In this document: one piece after another, positions 9,955 to 18,283 of the stretch | Position numbering within the stretch: position 1 is the stretch's first letter | Layout: each line of letters starts with the position of its first letter | Source of the DNA: an uncultured candidate division Zixibacteria bacterium | GTDB taxonomy: Bacteria > Zixibacteria > MSB-5A5 > GN15 > FEB-12 | Reading direction: 5' to 3' | Assembly: GCA_963806185.1 (NCBI GenBank) | Contig: CAWDXE010000001.1 | Location: 1,035,734 to 1,099,733, forward strand | Length of the DNA stretch: 64,000 nt | Program-made: the position numbers and the translations under genes | The notes under the pieces: model-generated | What the model was told of the DNA's origin: nothing | The model's input: the letters and a program-made list of their open reading frames with translations, nothing else | Database searches by the model: none

Positions 9955-10314
9955 GACTCCATATAATCTATGATATCCGGTTTTGTGGCGCCCCAGTACG
10001 CTGTCTCTTGCGTCCCGAACCGTAACGACTTTTCGAACAACTGAATCCCAGACCGTGACTTTGGCTTTGCCGGTTTTTGGTATTGATCAATGAGCGCACA
10101 CGCAGGATCAGGAGATCCTTCTCACGGGGGGTGGGAGAATGTCCCGGGCCGCAGTATGGCATGTAATGATGACTGCCGATTCGTCAAGCTCACGCAGGCG
10201 CCTCAACTGGTCGCCGGCGACTCCAGCCCGGGATCACCGCTCTCGAAAAATGTCTGACAGAAGCTGTTTTCGTGAATAGATGACCAATACTCAATCAGAG
10301 AATGGAGGAGGTCA

Positions 10315-13044
10315 ATGACCTTCAAAACCCTCATGCGATGTAGCCTTGCGCTGCTGACGTTATTTGTTATACCGTTGGCAGTGCAGGCCACGGTGCACAA
10401 TGTGAGCATCGTGGAATTTTCCTTCAACCCCACCCCGCTGCAAATCGAGTGGGGTGATACGGTGAAGTGGACAAACAACGGTGCTATGGAGCACACGTCG
10501 ACTTCCACCGCCGCTTCGCCCAAATCCTGGGATTCCGGGTCGTTGCTGCCCGGCCAGTCGTTTTCCGTCGATTTTCCCTCTGACGACGGCCCAGGGCCGT
10601 TCCCCTACGTATGTACGTTCCATAGTCTCTCGATGACGGGTGTGATCATCATCCTGCCGGCGCCGCGCGGCGCCTGCTGTCTGCCCACTCCCCCGGGTGG
10701 CTGCGTCATCAAGACGTTGAAAGAATGTACCGCCTTGGGCGGCACGTACCAGGGCGACAATGTCACCTGCGCCCAGGCCAATTGCGGTTCGGGGCCGACC
10801 GGCGCTTGCTGCCTTCTTACGGGTTGCGTCCAGATGACCGCCCAGAACTGCGCCGCGGCCAACGGTTACTACATGGGGGACAACACGAGTTGTGGTACCC
10901 CGAACATCTGCATTGTTGTCGGAGCCTGCTGCGTCCCGGCGACGGGCCAGTGTTTTGAAACCAACATGCCGTCCGAATGCGCCAACGTGAATGGCATTTT
11001 CACACCCGGCGGGACGTGTGCCACGGTTAATTGTGGTACGCCGACCGGCGCCTGCTGTACGCAGGGAGCCGCTGGATCGGTGTGTTCGGTCATTACGGCC
11101 GCGGCTTGCGCTGCTGCCGGTGGCACTTACTACGGCGACGGCACCAATTGCAACAGCAATCCGTGTGATAACACCTTTGGTGCCTGCTGTCTGCCGAGCG
11201 GCGCTTGCGTTCAGTTGACGGCCTTCGAATGTGACCTCGCTCACGGTATCTTTGCCGGCCCCAACACGCCGTGTACTGGCCAAACTTGTCACCCCGTTGA
11301 AGGCGCTTGCTGCGTCCCCGGTGCGACCTGCTTCCAGACCACTGAGGATCAGTGCAAAGCTGCCGGTGGCATTTGGGCAGGTGCCGGCGTTCCGTGCGTA
11401 CCTGACCCGTGCAGCCCGCCACGCGGCGCCTGCTGTATACCCGGTGCCCCTTGTATGATGCTCTCGGCGGCCGATTGTGCCGCAGCCGGCGGCATCTACA
11501 AAGGCGACGGTGTCCCGTGCACGCCGGGCATCTGTAACAATAATCCCGAAATCGGTGCCTGCTGCCTGCCCAACGGCCAGTGCGTCCAGGTACTCGAGGC
11601 CGACTGTATCAAGCATCAAGGTCAGTGGCAAGGTCCGGGGACTCCTTGCGTAGCCGGGCTCTGCCCGACTCCGGTCGAGGGTGCCTGTTGTATCCCCGGT
11701 GCCGGCTGTGTGATCATGACCCAGGCCGAGTGCTTGCACCAGGGTGGCATCTATAAGGGTGACGGCACCAATTGCCTGCCGCCGAATCCGTGCGATCCGC
11801 CTGTCGGCGCCTGCTGCACGCAAACCGGTGGCTGCGTCCAGACTACGGCCCAAAAGTGTAAAGACCACGGCGGTGTCTGGCAGGGTATTGGCGTACCGTG
11901 TATTCCTAATCCGTGCAAAACCAACGATACCACTGGCGCTTGCTGTCTGCCGGACGGCACCTGCATCAGCCCCGTCACACCGGTGGATTGCCAATTCAAA
12001 CACGGCATCTTCCTCGGCGTCGGGACTGCCTGCGTCGGCGTCCAGTGTCCGACCAATATCGACGGCGCCTGCTGCTTGCCGAATGGTACCTGCGTTCAGG
12101 CCCTTCAGTCTGAATGCAAACAGTTCGGCGGTACCTGGTACGGCGGTGGCGTTCCTTGCTCACCGACCCTCTGCCCGCCTGCTGAAACCGGCGCCTGCTG
12201 TCTGCCCGACGGTAGTTGCATCCAGACCACGCCGCTTCTCTGCAAGCGGAAACAGGGCGTCTTCCAGGGTGCCGGTTCCAACTGCGCGCTGGTCCACTGC
12301 AAGCCTCCGACGAAGGGTGCCTGCTGTCTGCCCGACGGCACCTGTGCGCTGACGACGGCTGCTCAGTGTAAAGCCTCCCACGGTGCCTGGCAGGGCAACG
12401 GTACTAGTTGCTCGCCGAATCCGTGCGGCAAACCCAAAGGTGCCTGCTGTCTCCCGACCGGTGGTTGTGTTGTCGTGACGGCGATCGAATGCGAACGCTT
12501 GCACGGCATCTACAAGGGTGACAACATCCCATGTCTCGCCACCACTTGCGAACCGAATCACCCGCAAGGTGGTTGCTGCCTGCCTAATGGCGCCGGCTGT
12601 GTCGTGACGACGCAGACCGATTGTGCTGCTATCGGCGGCGTCTACATGGGTAACGGCGCGCCATGCAACGCGGCGGTCTGCCCGGTCTCTGCTCCGACCG
12701 GTTGCTGTCGCTTGCCCGACGGTACGGCCATCCAGACTACGGGCGTGGCCTGTGCCGGCGCCGGTGGCTTCTATCTCGGCGATAATACCAAGTGCCCGAT
12801 CGCGTCAACTTTGACCAGTTGCTGCGTCGGGGCGACCGGCAATATCGACGGCGATCCCGCCGGTGGTGTCGACATTGGCGACTTAACCGCCTTCATTGAT
12901 AACCTGTTCATCAACTTCACGCCGGTTCCATGCGATCAGTCGGCTGACCTTGATGGCAACGGGAGTATCGATATTGGCGACATGACCGCCCTCATCGACA
13001 ACCTGTTCATCACGTTTACCGATCCGGGACCGTGTACTGAATAG
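10315..13044 (+). CDS. Secreted cupredoxin + 17 Cys-rich GACC repeats + C-terminal dockerin-like protein
   Basis: Signal peptide ending AVQA; plastocyanin-like domain (FSFNP..GDTVKWTN..HT..YVCTFHSLSM); tandem repeats of about 41 aa; two EF-hand-like segments GNIDGD..VDIGDL and ADLDGNGSIDIGDM; GGAGG RBS. Confidence 0.9.
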   Translation: MTFKTLMRCSLALLTLFVIPLAVQATVHNVSIVEFSFNPTPLQIEWGDTVKWTNNGAMEHTSTSTAASPKSWDSGSLLPGQSFSVDFPSDDGPGPFPYVCTFHSLSMTGVIIILPAPRGACCLPTPPGGCVIKTLKECTALGGTYQGDNVTCAQANCGSGPTGACCLLTGCVQMTAQNCAAANGYYMGDNTSCGTPNICIVVGACCVPATGQCFETNMPSECANVNGIFTPGGTCATVNCGTPTGACCTQGAAGSVCSVITAAACAAAGGTYYGDGTNCNSNPCDNTFGACCLPSGACVQLTAFECDLAHGIFAGPNTPCTGQTCHPVEGACCVPGATCFQTTEDQCKAAGGIWAGAGVPCVPDPCSPPRGACCIPGAPCMMLSAADCAAAGGIYKGDGVPCTPGICNNNPEIGACCLPNGQCVQVLEADCIKHQGQWQGPGTPCVAGLCPTPVEGACCIPGAGCVIMTQAECLHQGGIYKGDGTNCLPPNPCDPPVGACCTQTGGCVQTTAQKCKDHGGVWQGIGVPCIPNPCKTNDTTGACCLPDGTCISPVTPVDCQFKHGIFLGVGTACVGVQCPTNIDGACCLPNGTCVQALQSECKQFGGTWYGGGVPCSPTLCPPAETGACCLPDGSCIQTTPLLCKRKQGVFQGAGSNCALVHCKPPTKGACCLPDGTCALTTAAQCKASHGAWQGNGTSCSPNPCGKPKGACCLPTGGCVVVTAIECERLHGIYKGDNIPCLATTCEPNHPQGGCCLPNGAGCVVTTQTDCAAIGGVYMGNGAPCNAAVCPVSAPTGCCRLPDGTAIQTTGVACAGAGGFYLGDNTKCPIASTLTSCCVGATGNIDGDPAGGVDIGDLTAFIDNLFINFTPVPCDQSADLDGNGSIDIGDMTALIDNLFITFTDPGPCTE
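10666..12795 (+). repeat. Intragenic tandem array of 16 six-cysteine repeats plus one degenerate four-cysteine repeat
   Basis: Consensus GACC(L/I)PxGxC-x7/8-C-x3-GGx(W/Y/F)xGxGxxC-x4/5-C, counted in the translation. Confidence 0.95.
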
Positions 13045-13071
13045 CACTTTCGAAGTGATGTGAACTCAGTG

Positions 13072-13108
13072 CGGCGGTTGTGCTTTGGCACAGCCGCCGC
13101 TTTATTTT
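13072..13108 (+). terminator. Intrinsic terminator
   Basis: GCGGCGGTTGTGC-TTTG-GCACAGCCGCCGC followed by TTTATTTT. Confidence 0.8.
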
Positions 13109-13173
13109 GCTCGACCATTGCCCAACGACCCGCCGAAGCGTACATTGGGGGGGATTATTGACGAATTATCTCT

Positions 13174-14976
13174 ATGAAGAAGTCTAATACGAAGGCACCA
13201 CAACCCAAATCACCGGTTCAAGCGACCCTACCTGTTGTCGCCTGGCTGGGGGCGCTTGCCCTCATTGCCGTGGCCACCATCGCGTCTCTGATGCTGTCGC
13301 TCAAACACATCTGGGCCATCGACTTGATCGGCTGCGGCCGGGGCGGCGGATGCGATGAAGTCATCCGCGGATCGTGGGGCATTCTCCTTGGCTGGCCTGT
13401 GGCCTTCGTTGGTCTGGCGTATTTTGCCGGCTGGTTTGTGTTTTGTTTGATGAGCCGACAATCCTCAACACCATCCTGGCTGCGCCTGATTGCCTCGCTC
13501 GGTAGTCTGGTGTCGCTCTTCTATATCGCCATCATGATTGTTGACGGTCACTACTGCGTGTGGTGCTTCACTGCCCACGTGGCCAATCTCCTGTTTACCC
13601 TTCTCCTCTGGATGAACTGGCGATTCTCGTCGGCACCTGTTCCCCGGTTGCCGCTGGTGACCGCGGCTCTCATCGGCGTACTGCTTCTGGCGGCGAGCCG
13701 TCTGACCTACGCCACCCGCTCGCAGGCTGCCACGGCTCGCGAGGCCGCCAGCGCCGCCGAATCCATTGCCAACATCAGCGCACCGACGGAGCAATCGAGA
13801 ATATTTGGCGGCCGTTTTTGGAGCGGTGCGGTGAATGCCGACGTTCGCGTGGTGGTTTTTCACGACTACCAGTGCGAATTATGTCACGAGGTCGAGGTGC
13901 AGCTTTTGTCGCTCTTGAACTCACGTACTGACGTGGCGCTGTCGTACAAGCAGTGGCCGTTCGACGCTTCCTGCAACGAACAGATGCACGGCAGTTCGCC
14001 TCATCCCGAAGCGTGTCTGGCTGCGAAGGCCGTAGAAGCTGCGGGCATTCTGGGCGGCGCGCGCGCCTACTGGTCGATGCATAACGCGCTTATGCGCGCG
14101 AACAGTATGACACAGGAGTACATAATCAATCTGGCCGTCCAGTCCGGTCTTGACCGCGTGGCGTTTGCCGCGACCATGCAGTCGCCTCAGGTAGACAGCC
14201 TCATTCAATCCGACATTGCCGAAGGTGTTGCCTACGGTCTGACCTATACCCCGCTCATCTTCGTCAACGGTTACCCCGTGCGTGGCTGGCGGACGGCCGG
14301 CGCCCTTCCCGAGGCTATCAATCGGGCCGCCCTCTTTGCCAAACAGCAACCGAAAGCAGCCGATCTCCCCGACTCGGCCGCGTACGAACAACTGGCCATC
14401 TGGCAATCAACCCAACCAACTGCCACTCTCCCCGAAGTGGATCGCCCTGCTCTGCTCGGGCCCGGCAACGCGACAAACACGATTGTCATGTTCGGCGACC
14501 TCACCTGCCCGTTTAATGCCGCGGCTATGAATGTCCTGAGACCGATTATCGAATCACGCACCGATACCCGGCTGTTGTTCTATCACTTTCCTCTCGACCT
14601 TGACTGCAATCCACTTCTCAAACAGCAAATCAATCAGTTCGCCTGCGAGGCCACGCGGATCGTCGAGGGCATCCGTCTCCAGAAGGGGGATGATGCATAC
14701 AAACAGGCCTGCCTTTGGGTGATCGCCAATCGGGAACGCATCGGCGCCTCCGCCATGGCTGAGCTGGGACAGCTTTTTGGCCTCGATGCCCCCGCGGTCG
14801 CTGCACTGCTGTCGTCGGACCAGACCGCGGCCCTGCTCAAGAAGGACATGGACCGCGCGGTGGCGCTGAATATTACCACCTCGCCGACCATCTACATTAA
14901 CGGTAAGTTAGTGCCCAACTGGCGGATACCAGGGCTCTTTCCGAAGATACTCGACGCCGCCCGCATCAAACCATAG
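13174..14976 (+). CDS. Vitamin K epoxide reductase (VKOR) domain fused to two DsbA-like thioredoxin domains
   Basis: VKOR loop cysteines CGRGGGCDEV and CVWC redox motif in TM region; Trx1 DYQCELC with TYTP loop; Trx2 DLTCPFN with TSP loop. Confidence 0.88.
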   Translation: MKKSNTKAPQPKSPVQATLPVVAWLGALALIAVATIASLMLSLKHIWAIDLIGCGRGGGCDEVIRGSWGILLGWPVAFVGLAYFAGWFVFCLMSRQSSTPSWLRLIASLGSLVSLFYIAIMIVDGHYCVWCFTAHVANLLFTLLLWMNWRFSSAPVPRLPLVTAALIGVLLLAASRLTYATRSQAATAREAASAAESIANISAPTEQSRIFGGRFWSGAVNADVRVVVFHDYQCELCHEVEVQLLSLLNSRTDVALSYKQWPFDASCNEQMHGSSPHPEACLAAKAVEAAGILGGARAYWSMHNALMRANSMTQEYIINLAVQSGLDRVAFAATMQSPQVDSLIQSDIAEGVAYGLTYTPLIFVNGYPVRGWRTAGALPEAINRAALFAKQQPKAADLPDSAAYEQLAIWQSTQPTATLPEVDRPALLGPGNATNTIVMFGDLTCPFNAAAMNVLRPIIESRTDTRLLFYHFPLDLDCNPLLKQQINQFACEATRIVEGIRLQKGDDAYKQACLWVIANRERIGASAMAELGQLFGLDAPAVAALLSSDQTAALLKKDMDRAVALNITTSPTIYINGKLVPNWRIPGLFPKILDAARIKP

Positions 14977-15065
14977 CTTCCTTTTCCCCTTGTTTTTGAC
15001 GTTGGTTACCCCTACGTTCCCCAAGCAAAAGCGGCCTGTCCGACAGCCGCAAAAGAGAGTGATAC

Positions 15066-15743
15066 GTGGAGTTTTTTTCAAGCGTTCTTGACCTGTTCCT
15101 GCACCTGGATGTCCACCTGCAGGAGTTGATTACTACCTACGGTGTCTGGATCTACGCCATTCTCTTTGTCACCGTTTTCTGCGAAACAGGCCTGGTCATC
15201 ACCCCTTTTCTCCCGGGCGATTCGCTGCTCTTTGCCGCGGGTACCTTTGCCGCGACCGGCGCCCTGAATCTCTGGCTCCTGATGGGCACCCTTATGGTTG
15301 CCACCATTCTTGGTGACATTACCAACTACACGATCGGCTATCGCGTAGGCCACCGTCTTTTCCCCCTCCTGACCTTTCGTGGCCACCGTCTCGTCAAGCA
15401 GGAACACCTTGATCGCACGCACGCCTTTTACGAGAAGTATGGCGGCAAGACCATCATCATTGCCCGCTTCGTGCCGATCGTCCGCACCTTCACGCCGTTT
15501 GTCGCCGGCGTCGGCAAGATGACCTATCTCAGGTTCATCTCCTATTGCGTGGCCGGTGCCTTTCTCTGGGTCGTGGGACTCTCGACCCTCGGGTATCTCT
15601 TTGGCAACATTCCGATCGTACGCAAGAATTTCTCAGTCGTGATTCTCGCCATTATCATCATCTCGACACTTCCTGCCATTATCGAGTGGTGGCGACACCG
15701 TCGAGCCTCCCGCGTTGCGGCTGAAAATTCAGGGGACAAATAG
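15066..15743 (+). CDS. dedA: DedA family membrane protein
   Basis: FCETGL..PFLPGDSLLF, FYEKYGGKTIIIARFVPIVRTF. Confidence 0.93.
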   Translation: MEFFSSVLDLFLHLDVHLQELITTYGVWIYAILFVTVFCETGLVITPFLPGDSLLFAAGTFAATGALNLWLLMGTLMVATILGDITNYTIGYRVGHRLFPLLTFRGHRLVKQEHLDRTHAFYEKYGGKTIIIARFVPIVRTFTPFVAGVGKMTYLRFISYCVAGAFLWVVGLSTLGYLFGNIPIVRKNFSVVILAIIIISTLPAIIEWWRHRRASRVAAENSGDK

Positions 15744-15751
15744 GCGATACC

Positions 15752-17407
15752 ATGGGCGACCTACTGGCCGGATCACCTCTTCTTCTGCTCTTTGTCGTGA
15801 TTGGTGTCGGCTATCTGGTCGGCAGTATTCGCATTTTCGGCTTCAGCCTCGGCGTGGCTGCTGTGCTGTTCGCGGGCATGGCCTTTGGCGCGCTTGATCC
15901 GCGACTCATCCTTCCCGAATACATCTACATCATCGGCTTGGTGCTGTTTGTCTATGCGATCGGCCTTCAGGCCGGTCCCGGCTTTTTCGCCTCGTTTCGC
16001 AAGCGGGGTCTGCGTTCGAGCGGTTTAGCTGTCCTCCTTCTCACCGTGGCTGCCGCAGTATCAATCGCCTTGTATGCGTTCATGGATATCTCCGCTCCCG
16101 CCATCGCCGGCCTGTTCTGCGGAGCGCTCACCAACACCCCTGCCCTCGCGGCCTCGCTTGAGACGATCAACTCCTTCGCCGGAAGATTCTCCGCCGAGGC
16201 GCTCTCCCTGTATAAGAGCGCTCCGGTGGTTGCCTACGGTCTGGCGTATCCGATAGGCGTGTTTGGCGTCATCTTCTGGTTCTACCTGTTCTCCCGGTAC
16301 TTCAAGATCGACTTTGCAAAAGAAGAAGCCGATCGTCTGAAACAATCCGGCTCGGAAAATATCCTTAGCAAGACCTATCGCATTATCAACCCGGCCCTGC
16401 ACGGCAAGACCGTTGCCCAAATGCTTGAATCGTTCGGCCGCACCGGTTTTGTGCTCAGCCGCATTAAGAAGGGTGAAACTATTGAAGTGGTCGCCCCGGA
16501 GACCGTGCTGCATCGGGACGATCAAATTGTCGCCGTCGGCCCGGAACGATCGCAGGAAATCGCCCGCATTCTCTTTGGCGAGGAATCCGCCGAACATATC
16601 CAGGAACGGCGCGACGACATGAGTTATCGCCGTGTCTTCGTCTCCAATAAGGAAGTGATCGGCAAGACGGTTGATCAACTCCGCTACGATCGCCCCTTCC
16701 AGGGAGCCATCACCCGCCTGCGTCGCGGCGACGTCGAGTTTGTCCCTACCCCCGACACCATTCTCGAACGCGGCGACCGCATTCTGGTCGTCTCGCGACG
16801 GGAGCGCGCCGATGAAATTGCCTCCCTCTTCGGAGATTCTATCAAATCAATCTCTGAAGCCGACTTTCTGTCCCTCTCGCTCGGCGTCGTGATTGGCGTG
16901 TTTCTCGGCATGATCCCCTTCCCGATGCCGGGAGGATTGACCTTCAAGCTCGGTTTTGCCGGCGGACCACTGGTTGTAGGATTGATTCTTGGCCGACTCG
17001 AACGGACCGGCCCGATCATCTGGGGCATGCCCTTCACCGCCAACCTGGTGTTGCGCCAGATCGGTCTGGTCTTTTTCCTGGCCGCCATCGGCACGCGAGC
17101 CGGAACCGGCTTCGGTGCGACCTTCCACGCCGGTGGTGTCTCATTGATTGTCGCCGGTGCGCTGATAACGACGGGAGTGACGATCGCCGCCATCCTCATC
17201 GGCTATCGCTATTTCAAACTGCCGTTTTCTGCGGTGATGGGTTTGATGTCCGGCATTCAGACACAGCCCGCCTGTCTGGCGTACGCCAACGAACGCACCA
17301 ACAGCGAACTGCCCAATATCTGGTATGCCACCGTCTACCCGGCGTCGATGATCGCCAAGATCATCCTGGCGCAGATTATCGTCTCGGTGTTACTGGCGTT
17401 TCTATAG
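15752..17407 (+). CDS. AspT/YidE/YbjL family transporter with two TrkA-C domains
   Basis: GLVLFVYAIGLQAGPGFF, GALTNTPALA, RLRRGD TrkA-C, GIQTQPACL duplicated membrane domain. Confidence 0.9.
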   Translation: MGDLLAGSPLLLLFVVIGVGYLVGSIRIFGFSLGVAAVLFAGMAFGALDPRLILPEYIYIIGLVLFVYAIGLQAGPGFFASFRKRGLRSSGLAVLLLTVAAAVSIALYAFMDISAPAIAGLFCGALTNTPALAASLETINSFAGRFSAEALSLYKSAPVVAYGLAYPIGVFGVIFWFYLFSRYFKIDFAKEEADRLKQSGSENILSKTYRIINPALHGKTVAQMLESFGRTGFVLSRIKKGETIEVVAPETVLHRDDQIVAVGPERSQEIARILFGEESAEHIQERRDDMSYRRVFVSNKEVIGKTVDQLRYDRPFQGAITRLRRGDVEFVPTPDTILERGDRILVVSRRERADEIASLFGDSIKSISEADFLSLSLGVVIGVFLGMIPFPMPGGLTFKLGFAGGPLVVGLILGRLERTGPIIWGMPFTANLVLRQIGLVFFLAAIGTRAGTGFGATFHAGGVSLIVAGALITTGVTIAAILIGYRYFKLPFSAVMGLMSGIQTQPACLAYANERTNSELPNIWYATVYPASMIAKIILAQIIVSVLLAFL

Positions 17408-17413
17408 AGGGAA

Positions 17414-17764
17414 TCACGCGGTCTTGTCGTCCTCACCCGACCGGTAGGCAATCACTGACACTTTCTCAATCGTAATCAATCCCTCTCCCACCAGACTATC
17501 CAGCTCGGGCAGAAAGCCGGCCAGCCGTTCCTCGCGGTCGACGATTTCAATCACCATCGGAAGATCCTCGGACAGGCGCAAAACCTTCTGCGTATGAATC
17601 CGGCTGTGCGCGCCGAAGCCGGTGATTCCTCGCAGCACCGTCGCACCGGCCAGGCCATATTTTCGGGCCGCCTCGACAATGACTTCATACAGCGGGCGAC
17701 CGTGAGCTTTGTCACTCTCGCCGATGAAGATGCGCACCAGTTTGGCTTCGGATTCGAGTTTCAT
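17414..17764 (-). CDS. DUF190 (PII-like) protein
   Basis: RIFIGESD..GRPLYE..GLAGATVLRGITGFG..LSEDLP; downstream of crcB as is typical. Confidence 0.9.
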   Translation of the reverse strand: MKLESEAKLVRIFIGESDKAHGRPLYEVIVEAARKYGLAGATVLRGITGFGAHSRIHTQKVLRLSEDLPMVIEIVDREERLAGFLPELDSLVGEGLITIEKVSVIAYRSGEDDKTA

Positions 17765-17775
17765 GGGATCTCTCC

Positions 17776-18147
17776 TCACCGCCGACCCAGCACCATGCCC
17801 ATGTAGAGCAGCAGGATGCCCAGCCCGTTTTGCACGACCACATTTATTCCGGCGAACAGCCACTGGCCGTCGCGAAGAAACTGCGTTGTCTCGAATGCGA
17901 ACGAAGAAAAGGTGGTGAAGCCACCGAGAAAGCCGATCAGAATGATCGCCCGCATCTCCGGACTAATGGTCCATCTCCCCTCAGCCAGCGCCCAAAGGAC
18001 ACCGAACAGAAAGCAGCCGGCGAGATTCACCGCCAGAGTTCCCCACGGATACGAGGCGGGCAGGTAGCGGTGGACCAGCCCTCCCAGCCCATAGCGAAGT
18101 CCCGATCCCAGTCCACCCGCCAGCATGATCAACAGTAGTTTCGTCAT
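17776..18147 (-). CDS. crcB: Fluoride efflux channel CrcB/Fluc
   Basis: GGLGSGLRY, PWGTLAVN, GFLGGFTTFSSF. Confidence 0.95.
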   Translation of the reverse strand: MTKLLLIMLAGGLGSGLRYGLGGLVHRYLPASYPWGTLAVNLAGCFLFGVLWALAEGRWTISPEMRAIILIGFLGGFTTFSSFAFETTQFLRDGQWLFAGINVVVQNGLGILLLYMGMVLGRR

Positions 18148-18173
18148 CGATGATTCAATCGTCCTGCTGAGAT

Positions 18174-18202
18174 AGACTATGGTGTACTCGCGTTCATGTC
18201 AA
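18174..18202 (-). promoter_or_regulatory. Sigma70 promoter of crcB-DUF190
   Basis: Minus strand TTGACA-N17-TAGTCT; GTTCAT-N7-ATGAAC palindrome overlaps the -35. Confidence 0.6.
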
Positions 18203-18234
18203 CGATGAACCGTACGGGCGATCCGTGTCCGTCA

Positions 18235-18263
18235 TTGACACGCGCCGTTGAAGGCGATATATC
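18235..18263 (+). promoter_or_regulatory. Divergent sigma70 promoter of the MFS gene
   Basis: TTGACA-N17-TATATC. Confidence 0.5.
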
Positions 18264-18283
18264 TGCTCGATGAGGATGCAGCC

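Noticed and set aside
10360..12003. 547-aa minus-strand ORF
   Set aside because: Antisense shadow of the Cys-rich gene; no recognisable motifs
10666..12795. Regularly spaced GGYGCCTGCTG DNA repeats resembling a CRISPR-like array
   Set aside because: Repeats are in-frame codons for GACC with synonymous variation inside a long ORF; no cas genes
18148..18240. Fluoride riboswitch upstream of crcB
   Set aside because: No aptamer consensus, and the predicted leader is too short
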